Source: a virus
Virus record (IMG/VR): IMGVR_UViG_3300021168_000494
Span: 3,304 to 67,303 of that record
Reading direction: 5' to 3' (one strand)
DNA length: 64,000 bases
Shown here: in pieces, positions 43,673 through 53,048 of the stretch
Position numbering within the stretch: the first letter of the stretch is position 1
Layout: the number at the start of each line of letters is the position of its first letter
Program-made: the position numbers and the translations under genes
Notes under the pieces: model-generated
Database searches by the model: none
The model's input: only the letters and a program-made list of their open reading frames with translations
Told to the model about the DNA's origin: nothing

Positions 43673-44820
43673 ACTGGCCTTCCGTTTCAATCGCATTCCC
43701 CTGCTGGCGCCGTGGCGCATTGCTCGAGAAGACCCTTGATTCGATTCGCCGGCAGAAATATCCCGGGCCTCTTGAACTGATCGTGGTGGAGGAGGAAGAC
43801 GATGGGTACACCAAAAAAGTCGCTGAAGCCTTTGGAGCAAAATACATCCACAACCCGCGGCTCGAGCCCTATCCCGTCTTTCAATCCATCACGGAACTCT
43901 GGAACCTCTGCCTTCACGCGTGCACAGGCGAGATCGCAATCCTTCAAACAGCCGAGGTCCTCCACGAATCGTCGACGGTAATCGAGGAACTCGTACTCAC
44001 AGTCGATGCCGGTAGCAAAATTCTGGCCACGCCGCTGATCAAAGACCTTGCCCAAGACGGATCCTTCGCTGGCTGGTACAACCACCCCCGGGAGGGCTCG
44101 CGCCCTGGGTGGGTTTCCGGTGCCGGTCCGCACGCCTTTCGCCGGCAGGAGATGCTCGAGATCGGTGGCTATGAAGAACTGTTTTACGGCTACGGGCACG
44201 AAGACGATTATTTGTTCCACCTGCTGCGATTGAACGGCTGGTCGATCGAGTACGTCGACACGATCACCTGCGCCCATCAGTGGCATGAACGGATCAAGTT
44301 CGAGGACACGACCGGATACGCCAACCGCTCGCTAATCCGCACGCTCATCATGGAGATCGAGGACGGGAAACGAAAACCGGTCGCCAACCGCCAACCCCTC
44401 GAATATGAGATCGGCCCGGGACACCCGGAAATACGCGACGCCGTTTTACAAGCACTGGCACTTCCGATGAGCGAAACGTACAAACGGTGGGTTGAGCACT
44501 GCTGGCTAGGTGGCGATCAGAATGTCGATCTCACGTTCGTGGCGCAGAGAACGATTGCCAACGAAGGCCAGGGCATTCTTTCACAGATCGGCGAAATGGT
44601 CCTTGAAGCCGCTTGGGCGCGGCAACGTGCCGATGAAGCATTTAAAGTGTCCCGGTCCACCGATTTGCCGAGTTGGAGCGGGAGAGCAAGAATCTGCGGA
44701 TACATCCACGAGACATGGGCCTCGCGATCCATTGCGCGAGCCAGAAAGCTGATGGAAGAATGCGAGAAGTCGTCCTCGTCACCACATACCGAAGGCCCGA
44801 ACACCTCTACTGCTGTCTGA
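43669..44820 (+). CDS. GT2-family glycosyltransferase
   Basis: 'VSI.FP...R..LL..TL.SI..Q.Y', 'IGGY.E.F.GYG.EDD', 'HQWH'. Confidence 0.85.
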   Translation: MNWPSVSIAFPCWRRGALLEKTLDSIRRQKYPGPLELIVVEEEDDGYTKKVAEAFGAKYIHNPRLEPYPVFQSITELWNLCLHACTGEIAILQTAEVLHESSTVIEELVLTVDAGSKILATPLIKDLAQDGSFAGWYNHPREGSRPGWVSGAGPHAFRRQEMLEIGGYEELFYGYGHEDDYLFHLLRLNGWSIEYVDTITCAHQWHERIKFEDTTGYANRSLIRTLIMEIEDGKRKPVANRQPLEYEIGPGHPEIRDAVLQALALPMSETYKRWVEHCWLGGDQNVDLTFVAQRTIANEGQGILSQIGEMVLEAAWARQRADEAFKVSRSTDLPSWSGRARICGYIHETWASRSIARARKLMEECEKSSSSPHTEGPNTSTAV

Positions 44821-45722
44821 AACGGATCCGGGCGGCCGAACCACATATCGCCGTCGCAGTGTTCCCGGACCGCTGCACCGCCACAGATTTCGAGACGGAA
44901 GTGGCCCTGCGGACCTTCAGGACCGGTCTCACGCAGATCCATACCGTCCCGGACCACGACTACCACGGCAACACGATGAACACGATGGAGGCGTTCCGGT
45001 GGGCGTACAACGAAGGCTTCGACCGTGTTTTCTACGTCGAAGACGACGTCATGGTCCACCCGGATTTCTTCGCGTGGCACCGCGCGCAGCATGATCAGTG
45101 GCCAAGAATATTTGCGACGATGGCTTGGATTTTCAATCGCCACGCGCCGATCACCGACGACGTGATGTTCCAACCGTGGTATTACGCGATTGGCACCTGT
45201 TTTGCCCGGAAGAAACTCGAGCTCGTCGTGCAACACGCGAATCCGAAGTACTACGCAGACATGCCCGGATACGTGGAGAAAACCTTTCCTGGTAGCCAGC
45301 TGAACACGCCTTTCGGGATCCAGCACTACGAGCAGGACGGATTGATTCAGCGTGTCCTAGACCTCGACAAAACGCAGACGATATCCCCCGGGATCACGAA
45401 GTGCACGCACATCGGGTCGTTCGGGTACAACCGCGGATGGGATAGCCGCGACGAGTTGTTCGCAAACTGTGGTGATTTCGGGGAGCGTTGCCAGCGGCTT
45501 GAGATGTTCATCGGTGATGCCTACTGGCGTGCGGAAGTGTTCGGCCGCGAGATCGTGGAACGCGAAATCGGCCATGAATTGCCAAAGCGAACTTTCAAAT
45601 ACAAAATCGGTCTGCCCGGAGGATGGGAAACGGAGGTCGTTTCCGAACGCAGCAAAGAGAGATTGCCGAAGCGAATTAACTCAGTTTCGCTCCCTCAAAA
45701 TGCGATAATCACCAAGGTCTGA
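44760..45722 (+). CDS. GT-A glycosyltransferase
   Basis: 'TYRRP..L..CL', 'YVEDD..V.PDFF', 'HIG.FG.N'. Confidence 0.75.
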   Translation: MREVVLVTTYRRPEHLYCCLKRIRAAEPHIAVAVFPDRCTATDFETEVALRTFRTGLTQIHTVPDHDYHGNTMNTMEAFRWAYNEGFDRVFYVEDDVMVHPDFFAWHRAQHDQWPRIFATMAWIFNRHAPITDDVMFQPWYYAIGTCFARKKLELVVQHANPKYYADMPGYVEKTFPGSQLNTPFGIQHYEQDGLIQRVLDLDKTQTISPGITKCTHIGSFGYNRGWDSRDELFANCGDFGERCQRLEMFIGDAYWRAEVFGREIVEREIGHELPKRTFKYKIGLPGGWETEVVSERSKERLPKRINSVSLPQNAIITKV

Positions 45723-45723
45723 T

Positions 45724-46236
45724 ATGGCGTATGTAGACCTAAGCGGTCGCAGATTCGAGAAGTTTGTTGCCCAGTGGCCAGCTGGTCGCAAATGGCGCGC
45801 AGTTTATTGGCTCTGCCTTTGCGATTGTGGGAACCTCAGAGTTGTGGCCAGAGCCAATCTCCTTAACGGACATCAAAAAAGTTGCGGTTGCTTTCGGCAG
45901 GTGCGTCTCACCGAACACGGCCATGCTAGGACCTTACATTCTGGCGGCCTCAGTAGGGAGTATCGTTCTTGGCAGTCGATGAAGGATCGGTGCCTGAATC
46001 CGAACGGATCACGTTACTCATCCTATGGTGGGGCGGGGATCAGAGTGTGTGGTCGTTGGGACAATTCCTTTCTGCATTTCTTGGCTGATATGGGACCACG
46101 TCCTCCTAGAACAAGTCTTGATCGTTTCCCTGATCCAAATGGGAATTACGAGCCGGGGAACTGCCGGTGGGCGACGGCGAAGGAGCAAAGGCACAATCGC
46201 AGGTTCCAAAAAACGAAAAGAGTGGTAGAGTCTTAG
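45724..46236 (+). CDS. HNH homing endonuclease
   Basis: 'WLC.CDCG', 'SCGC', 'M..RC.NP....Y..YGG.GI.VC.RW', 'SLDR.....GNYEP.NCRWAT'. Confidence 0.9.
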   Translation: MAYVDLSGRRFEKFVAQWPAGRKWRAVYWLCLCDCGNLRVVARANLLNGHQKSCGCFRQVRLTEHGHARTLHSGGLSREYRSWQSMKDRCLNPNGSRYSSYGGAGIRVCGRWDNSFLHFLADMGPRPPRTSLDRFPDPNGNYEPGNCRWATAKEQRHNRRFQKTKRVVES

Positions 46237-46291
46237 CGAACACCGCCAGTTAATCGGGGCTGGCCTTCATTCCTGTTTTGGAGGCGTCCCG

Positions 46292-46993
46292 ATGACCGCT
46301 TATGTAACAAATCCGGTTGGAAAAGTCGTACCTCTCCTCCAGCCGAATGTTCCCTCCTTTGCCTGGGGATCGCGTCTTCCAGGAACAGACTGCAAGATGC
46401 TGATCACTTCAGACTCCGTCTCTGCCAACGTGGTCACGCTGACCGTGACGATCATCAAGGGAAATATTCCCGCAGTCGGTGATCTGATTTTCACCTATGG
46501 CACTACCAACAGCGCGGGTGGTCTCAACCAAACGACCGGGATCGCCATCGCATCCGTGAACATCAATGCTGGCACCGGGATCGGGACGATCACTTTTCCT
46601 CTTACGATCGCAAATCAAGGCAGCACTCCCGACGTCGGCTACGCGATCTCTGTTCCCGGCATCACCACTGAAACACCGACGCCTGGAAACGGTGGCGCAT
46701 CGGCCTCGCAGCAATTTGCCCTGATGAGCGAAATCGGCAAAAACGGAACACCATTTTCTGTCGATGGGAAATTCGCCGGCGCGCCCGGAGCATTCGAGAT
46801 CGACGTGCAAGTCGCTTCGATTGATCTGGACTCGTATTACCAGACGATCCAGAACGGAAACATGACGAGCGTCGATGCGACGAATAACACTTTCCATCTC
46901 GATGGGACGCTGGTGAATGCACGCTTCGTGCGATTACTGCTGCGGAGCCGCACGAACACCGTTGCCCTATACGCGACGATCTCAGCCGGCTAA
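46292..46993 (+). CDS. Virion structural protein (beta-rich)
   Basis: GGAGG SD; Thr/Gly-rich; C-terminal 'ARFVR' jelly-roll-like motif. Confidence 0.6.
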   Translation: MTAYVTNPVGKVVPLLQPNVPSFAWGSRLPGTDCKMLITSDSVSANVVTLTVTIIKGNIPAVGDLIFTYGTTNSAGGLNQTTGIAIASVNINAGTGIGTITFPLTIANQGSTPDVGYAISVPGITTETPTPGNGGASASQQFALMSEIGKNGTPFSVDGKFAGAPGAFEIDVQVASIDLDSYYQTIQNGNMTSVDATNNTFHLDGTLVNARFVRLLLRSRTNTVALYATISAG

Positions 46994-47006
46994 GGAGAAC
47001 TGTCCC

Positions 47007-48980
47007 ATGAAGAAATATCTTCTAGGATTTCTTAATCTCCTGTTTGCATCTCTGCTTTTTGCTCAACCGGGAACTCCTCCTGGTGGTTACGGTCCCGGGA
47101 CAGGGAACAGTACCGGTGGGGGTGGCCTCACCCAGGTCTCTTCTCTTCCAGCCACGTGCACTCCATCCACAACGGCGCCAGTGCAACTGACTGTCGCTTC
47201 AGCTGGTTTACCAATCGGCATTTATGTCTGCACTGGGACGAACACATGGACCATTGATTCAAGCGTTGGACCGGGACCAAAATACGGGTCAGTCGTGATC
47301 ACGCCAGCGCAGTTGGTCAACACCTATGGCGCGCAATTTCAGGGAACGGTAGTTCCCGACATTACGACAACCAATCTCAGCACCACGGTCAGCGCGCCGG
47401 ATGCACATTTTCAAACTGGCCGGTTTCCCGCAGTGGTCGGGATGTTTTTTGAAGCCATTTTCGGAACGGGTGGTGCCGGCTGTCAGAACGGTCAAGGCGT
47501 GGTCCTCTTCGGTGGTGCCTCCGTCACAACGATCGCTTCTATCGTGAATGACACGACGATTACGGTCGTCGGCACGGCCAACACCAGCGTTCCCGGTACT
47601 GGATGTGCGGCCTGGGGATACGACGTGACCGCCGCGATTCTGGCTGCTCAGACAGCCGGTGGGTGCAGCGCCTATATTCAGATGCCAGCTGGCGTTGCTT
47701 TTTTCCAGTCTAACCCAATTCCAACGATATCGGCCTGCCCGAGTCTTACAAACACTGCGCTTGCATATCCTGGTCAAGGCATCAGTGGGCAAGGCACCGC
47801 CGCACAAACCATCCTGATCCCCCGCGCCGACTTCGCTTACACAGGTGGAAGTTTCCCATGCAGCGGGCTTTCCGGCAGCAGTATCTCGTGCTTTGGGAAT
47901 CCCAATGTTTACGAACAAACCTCTTTTGAGATTTGGGGACTGGGGAAGCCTGCCCCGAGTGCGTTGCCGAATACGTGGCTGATCCAAAGCGGGATAGCGA
48001 GTCGGCTATTTTACATGAATTATATCGGTTGGGACTGGTCAGGGGGCGGTACATCTCTAACTGGCATCGCGTTCAACAGCGTTACGGGGACGATGGATAC
48101 GGGCGGTTGCAATTACGTTGGCTCTGTCTGCATCGAAGCTGAAGCCGGTGTGACACAGTTTAAATGGTCGAACAACTTCTTTTCCGGTGCCAACTTTGCG
48201 ACCAACAGTACGAATACCGTTAAACTTTTGACAGGATCTAACGGCGTATCCACGAGCAACGTGATCGCCGGGACTCTACAGCTGAATGCCGCCACGCTGA
48301 TAGAAGACAACGACAACGTTCAGTGTAGCTCGGGGAGTTCTGGAGTTCTCCTCGGCGCCGGCAGCACGCTGTATCTACGAAACAATAATCAAGTGTGCGC
48401 GAGCAACCCAAATCCTGCTCACGGAATTTTAACCAGTGGTACCGGTAACACTCTCTACATCGGTTCTGGAAACGCAATCGGGGCTGGCGGGGCCGGTCAA
48501 TTCTCCCTAGACTGGGCGGCCAACAACAGCATTTTTGAGCAGGGTTCCGGCAATTCCTACACCGCTGCAGGTGGAGCAACGGCTGGATGGAATGGGCTAG
48601 GGAGTTTCTTCGGTGATGGGAATGCGACCGGCACCGCACTTGCGGCCGCGAACATCACGCCCACATCCGGCTTCGGTACCGGATGCGCGACGGCAGGGCA
48701 GTGTATATCTGCCGTTACTGGTGCGACGAAGCTAGGTCAATTCACGGTCACTTACGGGACCACTCCATCTTCTCCGCAAGTCATCACGATTGTTTTCCCG
48801 AAGGCCTTTACTCCCGGAGTTGTTCCCATCTGCCGCCTTACTGATGTCGGAGGAACGAACGCTTTCCCGACGAGCATCATAACGACGACGTGCACCGCAA
48901 CGGGAGCGAGTTTTACGATCACCAACACCCCGGTTGGTGGCAGCACGGATATTTTGCAAATTCAAGCGGGGAATCCATAG
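47007..48980 (+). CDS. Tailspike/beta-helix-like protein with a Sec signal peptide
   Basis: MKKYLLGFLNLLFASLLFA-Q; 'LPATC......IYVCT.TNTW'; 'D.TAAI.AA......I..P.G' pectate-lyase-like cap; many Cys. Confidence 0.7.
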   Translation: MKKYLLGFLNLLFASLLFAQPGTPPGGYGPGTGNSTGGGGLTQVSSLPATCTPSTTAPVQLTVASAGLPIGIYVCTGTNTWTIDSSVGPGPKYGSVVITPAQLVNTYGAQFQGTVVPDITTTNLSTTVSAPDAHFQTGRFPAVVGMFFEAIFGTGGAGCQNGQGVVLFGGASVTTIASIVNDTTITVVGTANTSVPGTGCAAWGYDVTAAILAAQTAGGCSAYIQMPAGVAFFQSNPIPTISACPSLTNTALAYPGQGISGQGTAAQTILIPRADFAYTGGSFPCSGLSGSSISCFGNPNVYEQTSFEIWGLGKPAPSALPNTWLIQSGIASRLFYMNYIGWDWSGGGTSLTGIAFNSVTGTMDTGGCNYVGSVCIEAEAGVTQFKWSNNFFSGANFATNSTNTVKLLTGSNGVSTSNVIAGTLQLNAATLIEDNDNVQCSSGSSGVLLGAGSTLYLRNNNQVCASNPNPAHGILTSGTGNTLYIGSGNAIGAGGAGQFSLDWAANNSIFEQGSGNSYTAAGGATAGWNGLGSFFGDGNATGTALAAANITPTSGFGTGCATAGQCISAVTGATKLGQFTVTYGTTPSSPQVITIVFPKAFTPGVVPICRLTDVGGTNAFPTSIITTTCTATGASFTITNTPVGGSTDILQIQAGNP

Positions 48981-48988
48981 GAGGCACC

Positions 48989-49351
48989 ATGAAGAGCAGA
49001 ATCTTACTCGGGCTATTTTGCTTGGCGCTGGTCCTCACCGTTCCAGTAAGGGCGCAAGGACCGACTTATTTCTACGTCGCAACCGCCGTGGACGTGAACG
49101 GTTTCGAATCTGCGTTCTCGACTCAAGCCACCGCAGTGTTCAATCAAGGTCAGCACATCGCATCACTCACTTGGACCGCTTCTGTGGTTCCAACGGGCGG
49201 CGCGGCCATCGCTGGTTACAACATCTACCGAGCTAAAGTGAGCGGTGGACCGTACACCAAGATCAACACAGCACTGGTTACGGTGGTGACCTACTCGGAC
49301 ACATTCGTGCTGCCGACTGCACCTACTGGCCTGGCAGCACCAACCAGCTGA
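48989..49351 (+). CDS. Secreted fibronectin type III protein (circularly permuted order)
   Basis: Signal peptide ...VRA-Q; 'YFYVATAVD.NG.ES..S' precedes 'LTW.AS...GYNIYR....GPY..IN'. Confidence 0.75.
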   Translation: MKSRILLGLFCLALVLTVPVRAQGPTYFYVATAVDVNGFESAFSTQATAVFNQGQHIASLTWTASVVPTGGAAIAGYNIYRAKVSGGPYTKINTALVTVVTYSDTFVLPTAPTGLAAPTS

Positions 49352-49379
49352 ATTTCAGCATTGCGTGCAAGGAGCTCTT

Positions 49380-50225
49380 GTGAAAAAGAAAATGTTTCTA
49401 CTTTGGTTGCTGTTCGCGTTGCCTCTCGCAGCGCAGACCTCCATCCCGATCCAGAATCCATCGTTCGATGCCACCGTCACGTTCACCAGCACTGGATCTT
49501 ATGGTGGCTTCGAGTACGGCGTCGTGCCGTCGTGGACGCTCGCTCCAGGATCCAGTGGGGGCGTGCAGAGCCTCAGTACTGCTTACTTCACGGCTTATCC
49601 CAACAGCGGCAATCAGGGCCTCTTCCTGAATAGCGGGAACGTGACACAGGACCTGGGGATCGCCGCCCAACCCAATACGAACTACTCGCTCACGTTCTAT
49701 GTAGGCCATCGGCTGGATGGCGAGGCCGTTACTGCGACCGCACAACTCTTCATCGGCTCAACATCGCTCTGCTCGCTTGCTGTGAACGAGGCCAACATTC
49801 CTGCCGGCGCCTTCGCTGCTTCCACCTTGACCTGCCCCACGGGAGCCACTGTCCCTAGCGGTGATCTGATTATCTGGCTAGGAACTTCCGGCACGCAGGC
49901 CAACTTCGATGCACTCTCACTAACTTCCTCTCCGATCGCGCAGCAGCACCACGCGACGCTGACCTGGACCGACACCGCGAATCCGGCCGGAACGACTTAC
50001 AACGTCTACAGGGCATTCGGTGGTTGCCCGACCACGTTCTCGCTGACCTTGCTGGCCTCGAATGTCGCCACGCTCGGCACCAACCCACTGACCTACGTAG
50101 ACCCCACGGTAACGAACGCGCAGAACTACTGCTATGGCGTGACGGCGGTATCGGGAGGCACCGAATCGCTGGCAGCGGTGACGGTCTATATTCCACAGCA
50201 GCCAAGTAATCTGAAGGTGCAATGA
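49380..50225 (+). CDS. Secreted CBM-like + FN3 protein
   Basis: Signal peptide ...LAA-Q; 'I.NPSF', 'Q.......NT.Y.L.F', 'FD..SL'; then 'LTW...YNVYR...YCY.VTAV'. Confidence 0.75.
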   Translation: MKKKMFLLWLLFALPLAAQTSIPIQNPSFDATVTFTSTGSYGGFEYGVVPSWTLAPGSSGGVQSLSTAYFTAYPNSGNQGLFLNSGNVTQDLGIAAQPNTNYSLTFYVGHRLDGEAVTATAQLFIGSTSLCSLAVNEANIPAGAFAASTLTCPTGATVPSGDLIIWLGTSGTQANFDALSLTSSPIAQQHHATLTWTDTANPAGTTYNVYRAFGGCPTTFSLTLLASNVATLGTNPLTYVDPTVTNAQNYCYGVTAVSGGTESLAAVTVYIPQQPSNLKVQ

Positions 50226-50235
50226 AGAGAGAGAG

Positions 50236-50550
50236 ATGAAAGGGAAAAAAATCGAGGTTGGACTGGATCGCGGTTGCGTTGGGATTCGGATTCCCATCGA
50301 ATTGCTGCTAAAAATCTTGCAACCGCGGATCCAGTTCGCTTCTCTTCAGGATTTCACACCGAGAGAGCAGCAGGTCCTCGACGGGATCTGTGAGAGTCTC
50401 TCAAACAAGGAGATCGGCAATCGGATCAACCTGACGGAAAGAACAGTGAAATTTCACGTGACAAGTTTGTTCGCAAAGGTAGGAGTTAAATCCAGACGTG
50501 ATCTCCAGATGCACTTCGCCGGGATCACGGTGAACGGAAAAAGAAAATGA
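50236..50550 (+). CDS. LuxR-type HTH regulator
   Basis: 'TPRE.QVL..I...LSNKEI...I.LTERTVKFHV..LF.K.GV.SR'. Confidence 0.88.
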   Translation: MKGKKIEVGLDRGCVGIRIPIELLLKILQPRIQFASLQDFTPREQQVLDGICESLSNKEIGNRINLTERTVKFHVTSLFAKVGVKSRRDLQMHFAGITVNGKRK

Positions 50551-50966
50551 CCGGAACGCTGGCACCAAACATGGGCTTCATCGTGATCGGAGTGCTTTTT
50601 ATCGCCACGCTGGTGGCGGTGATGTTCAAAGAGACGGTCCTAGAGTTTGTCAAAGCAAACTTTGGGTTGCTGGTTCTACTGACTCTATTCATGACGCTGC
50701 TCGCGATCTCCTTCCACGTTTTCCACGAATCGAGCGACAACACAGTCGGCAAGGATTTTCTCGCCTGGCTCGAGCAGAAAGCCGGGGAAGTCCTAGCCTC
50801 GATCATGACGGTCATCGTCGGGGCGCGGGCTGGCAACCAGCGTGCGTCGGACAGTGGCGGGAATGGGAACACCACGACGACCACGAGCGGATCGAGCACC
50901 AAGACCACGACTTCAACCACAGCGGCTGTCCCGGTTGCGCCGGCCTCGCCATCCCTACACCCATGA
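50547..50966 (+). CDS. Membrane protein, holin candidate
   Basis: Three hydrophobic segments; Thr-rich tail; upstream of the endolysin. Confidence 0.55.
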   Translation: MTGTLAPNMGFIVIGVLFIATLVAVMFKETVLEFVKANFGLLVLLTLFMTLLAISFHVFHESSDNTVGKDFLAWLEQKAGEVLASIMTVIVGARAGNQRASDSGGNGNTTTTTSGSSTKTTTSTTAAVPVAPASPSLHP

Positions 50967-51319
50967 CCTTTCACTATTATGGCGCATTGAAGGCGTTTGC
51001 ATGGATACTCGGCGCAGCCGCTATACCGGCCGCAATTTTTTTCTCGCTGGAACCAACAGTGAAGGTTGCTCTCATCATGGCGGCGGCGATGGTGTTCACT
51101 GCGCTGGTCGGTAGCGGGACTACAATCATCGTTGGCCGGATGAACCTAAAGGCCAGCGCAAGCCTTCACCAAACGATAAACAAAGTCGAAGAGCAGACGA
51201 ACAATATGAACACTGAATTGCGCCAGCAAAGGAACGAAGCCTCGAAGCGTGCCGATAACAAGGAAGGATTTATCGAAGGAGTGGCATCAGAGCAAGAGAG
51301 GACGAGAGACAAATCTTAG
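50963..51319 (+). CDS. Membrane protein with a coiled-coil tail (lysis module)
   Basis: Two transmembrane segments. Confidence 0.55.
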   Translation: MTFHYYGALKAFAWILGAAAIPAAIFFSLEPTVKVALIMAAAMVFTALVGSGTTIIVGRMNLKASASLHQTINKVEEQTNNMNTELRQQRNEASKRADNKEGFIEGVASEQERTRDKS

Positions 51320-51354
51320 TTGTGGGAAAATACTAGGGACCTGGGGGCCACTGA

Positions 51355-51738
51355 ATGGGAGCGAATTCTGAAGTAGATCGACGCAGGGATAATCACGACC
51401 GCGAACCAGACCACTTTATCGTGGTAAGAAACTGGCACACGCTACTCATCGTTCTCAGTATCATAGTCAGCGCGGTCTTGGCGTTCGGATCCCTGCACGA
51501 CGATTCTGTCGAGTACAGGCGCCGGATCGAATCGCTCGAGAACAGGCCGCAGGTCAGCCAGGAGAGCATCGACAATCTGAATAAACGGCTTGAGCGGATC
51601 GAAAAGAGGTGGGACGCGGAAGACCTCGAAAAGTTCAGGCAGATGGGTGAGCCTGGACTAAAGCGACAAAAAATAACGAGACCGGACGAGCTACTTCGTG
51701 ATAGGAAGGTAAGTCATGCAACTGTCGGATCACTTTGA
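51355..51738 (+). CDS. Single-TM coiled-coil protein (lysis module)
   Basis: One transmembrane helix, then 'L..RLERIE'. Confidence 0.55.
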   Translation: MGANSEVDRRRDNHDREPDHFIVVRNWHTLLIVLSIIVSAVLAFGSLHDDSVEYRRRIESLENRPQVSQESIDNLNKRLERIEKRWDAEDLEKFRQMGEPGLKRQKITRPDELLRDRKVSHATVGSL

Positions 51739-52204
51739 AAGCAGCGAATTCGAGAAGGACGGCCCGATCCCCACGGACTGCCTCGAGATCGCAAAGCAGT
51801 TTTGCACTCTAGTCCTTGAGCCGATCCGGGCGTACATCGGGGAGCCGATGGACGTCACAAGCGGATACAGACCACCTGCAGCTAACGCGGCCGCTCACGG
51901 CGTGTCGAACAGCGAGCACATTTGGACGCCGCGGTACTGCGCTGCAGATTGGGAGTTTGTCCCGAAGCCGGGATTCTCGATGCGATCAGTGTTCGATTGG
52001 ATCCGCGACAGCGCCTCCATTCCGTTCCACCAGGTGATCCTTGAGCACAGCGCCATCGGCTCGAGCATCATCCACATCAGCTACAACCTCGACAAGATCG
52101 GCGTTCGCCAGGCCCTCGAAGGCTCGACTCATAACGCGTCGCCATACACCTCGTGGGAAGTCGCCACGTTTATTCCGCAAACCGGGGGACAGGAGAACGC
52201 GTGA
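51716..52204 (+). CDS. Peptidase M15 endolysin
   Basis: 'LS.HF...EF', 'LEPIR', 'TSGYR...N...G...S.H.....AAD', 'IHIS'. Confidence 0.88.
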   Translation: MQLSDHFESSEFEKDGPIPTDCLEIAKQFCTLVLEPIRAYIGEPMDVTSGYRPPAANAAAHGVSNSEHIWTPRYCAADWEFVPKPGFSMRSVFDWIRDSASIPFHQVILEHSAIGSSIIHISYNLDKIGVRQALEGSTHNASPYTSWEVATFIPQTGGQENA

Positions 52205-52407
52205 TGGAAGAGGGAAAGGTGAAGTGGTTCAACGCATCGAAGGGGTTTGGATTCATCGGTCGGGATCGGGCGCCGGATGTTTTCGTTCACTACACCGGGA
52301 TCACCGGGAACGGATACAAAAGCCTCGCCGAAGGGGATAAGGTCGAATTTGAGGTCGTGCAGGGTCCGAAAGGCCCCCAGGCGGCCAGTGTTCGAAAAAT
52401 CGAGTAG
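52204..52407 (+). CDS. cspA: Cold-shock protein
   Basis: 'GKVKWFN..KGFGFI.....DVFVHY..I...GYKSL.EG..VEFE...G.KGPQA..V'. Confidence 0.95.
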   Translation: MEEGKVKWFNASKGFGFIGRDRAPDVFVHYTGITGNGYKSLAEGDKVEFEVVQGPKGPQAASVRKIE

Positions 52408-52436
52408 AAGTGGGGAACTTAATTTAAGGAGACTCT

Positions 52437-53048
52437 ATGATTCTATCACGTAGGCAGTTTTTTGAAGTTTCAGCAAAAGGTACTCTCGGGACGGCGATCT
52501 TGGCAGCGGAAGTCGGTGGAGCGGCTTATTTGCTTTCGGGATGCTCGTTCAACATTTCCAGCATTCTCGCATGGGTGCCCACGGCGACCAGTTCGATCAG
52601 CAGCATTCTTACGCTGCTCGTTGGCGCGGGTGCCCTGGCGTGCTTGACCTGTTCCGTGCTGGCGAATATCGCTCTGGCGGCGATCTCAGCGGTCGGAACG
52701 GCAGTGCAGGCGTACCAAAACGCTCCTGCTGCGAGCAAGGCAACGCTCCTCGGCAAGATTCAGACCGGTCTCCAAGCCGCGCTAACTGCATCAGGTTCGT
52801 TTTTCGAGAGCGCCAACGTACCGGATCAAAAACTCTTCGCCTTGATTGTTGGGATCGCCGGCCTAGTTCTCAGCGCCATCAGCGGATTCATCGCACAAGT
52901 TGGTGGAGTCACTCCGGTGCCGGCGACCTTCAGGTTGAGTAGACAGACGATTCCTTACTCTCCGAAGGTCTACACCCTTCGCGGCTATAAGAGCGATTTC
53001 AACAAGTTGGTCAAGAGTTACGACCACGCTGAACTGGCGATGAGCTAA
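52437..53048 (+). CDS. Tat-signal lipoprotein with hydrophobic helices
   Basis: SRRQFF twin-arginine motif; LSGC lipobox. Confidence 0.65.
   Translation: MILSRRQFFEVSAKGTLGTAILAAEVGGAAYLLSGCSFNISSILAWVPTATSSISSILTLLVGAGALACLTCSVLANIALAAISAVGTAVQAYQNAPAASKATLLGKIQTGLQAALTASGSFFESANVPDQKLFALIVGIAGLVLSAISGFIAQVGGVTPVPATFRLSRQTIPYSPKVYTLRGYKSDFNKLVKSYDHAELAMS

Noticed and set aside
50452-50465. Third parS-like word TTTCACGTGACAA
   Set aside because: Imperfect palindrome explained by the conserved LuxR residues KFHV.
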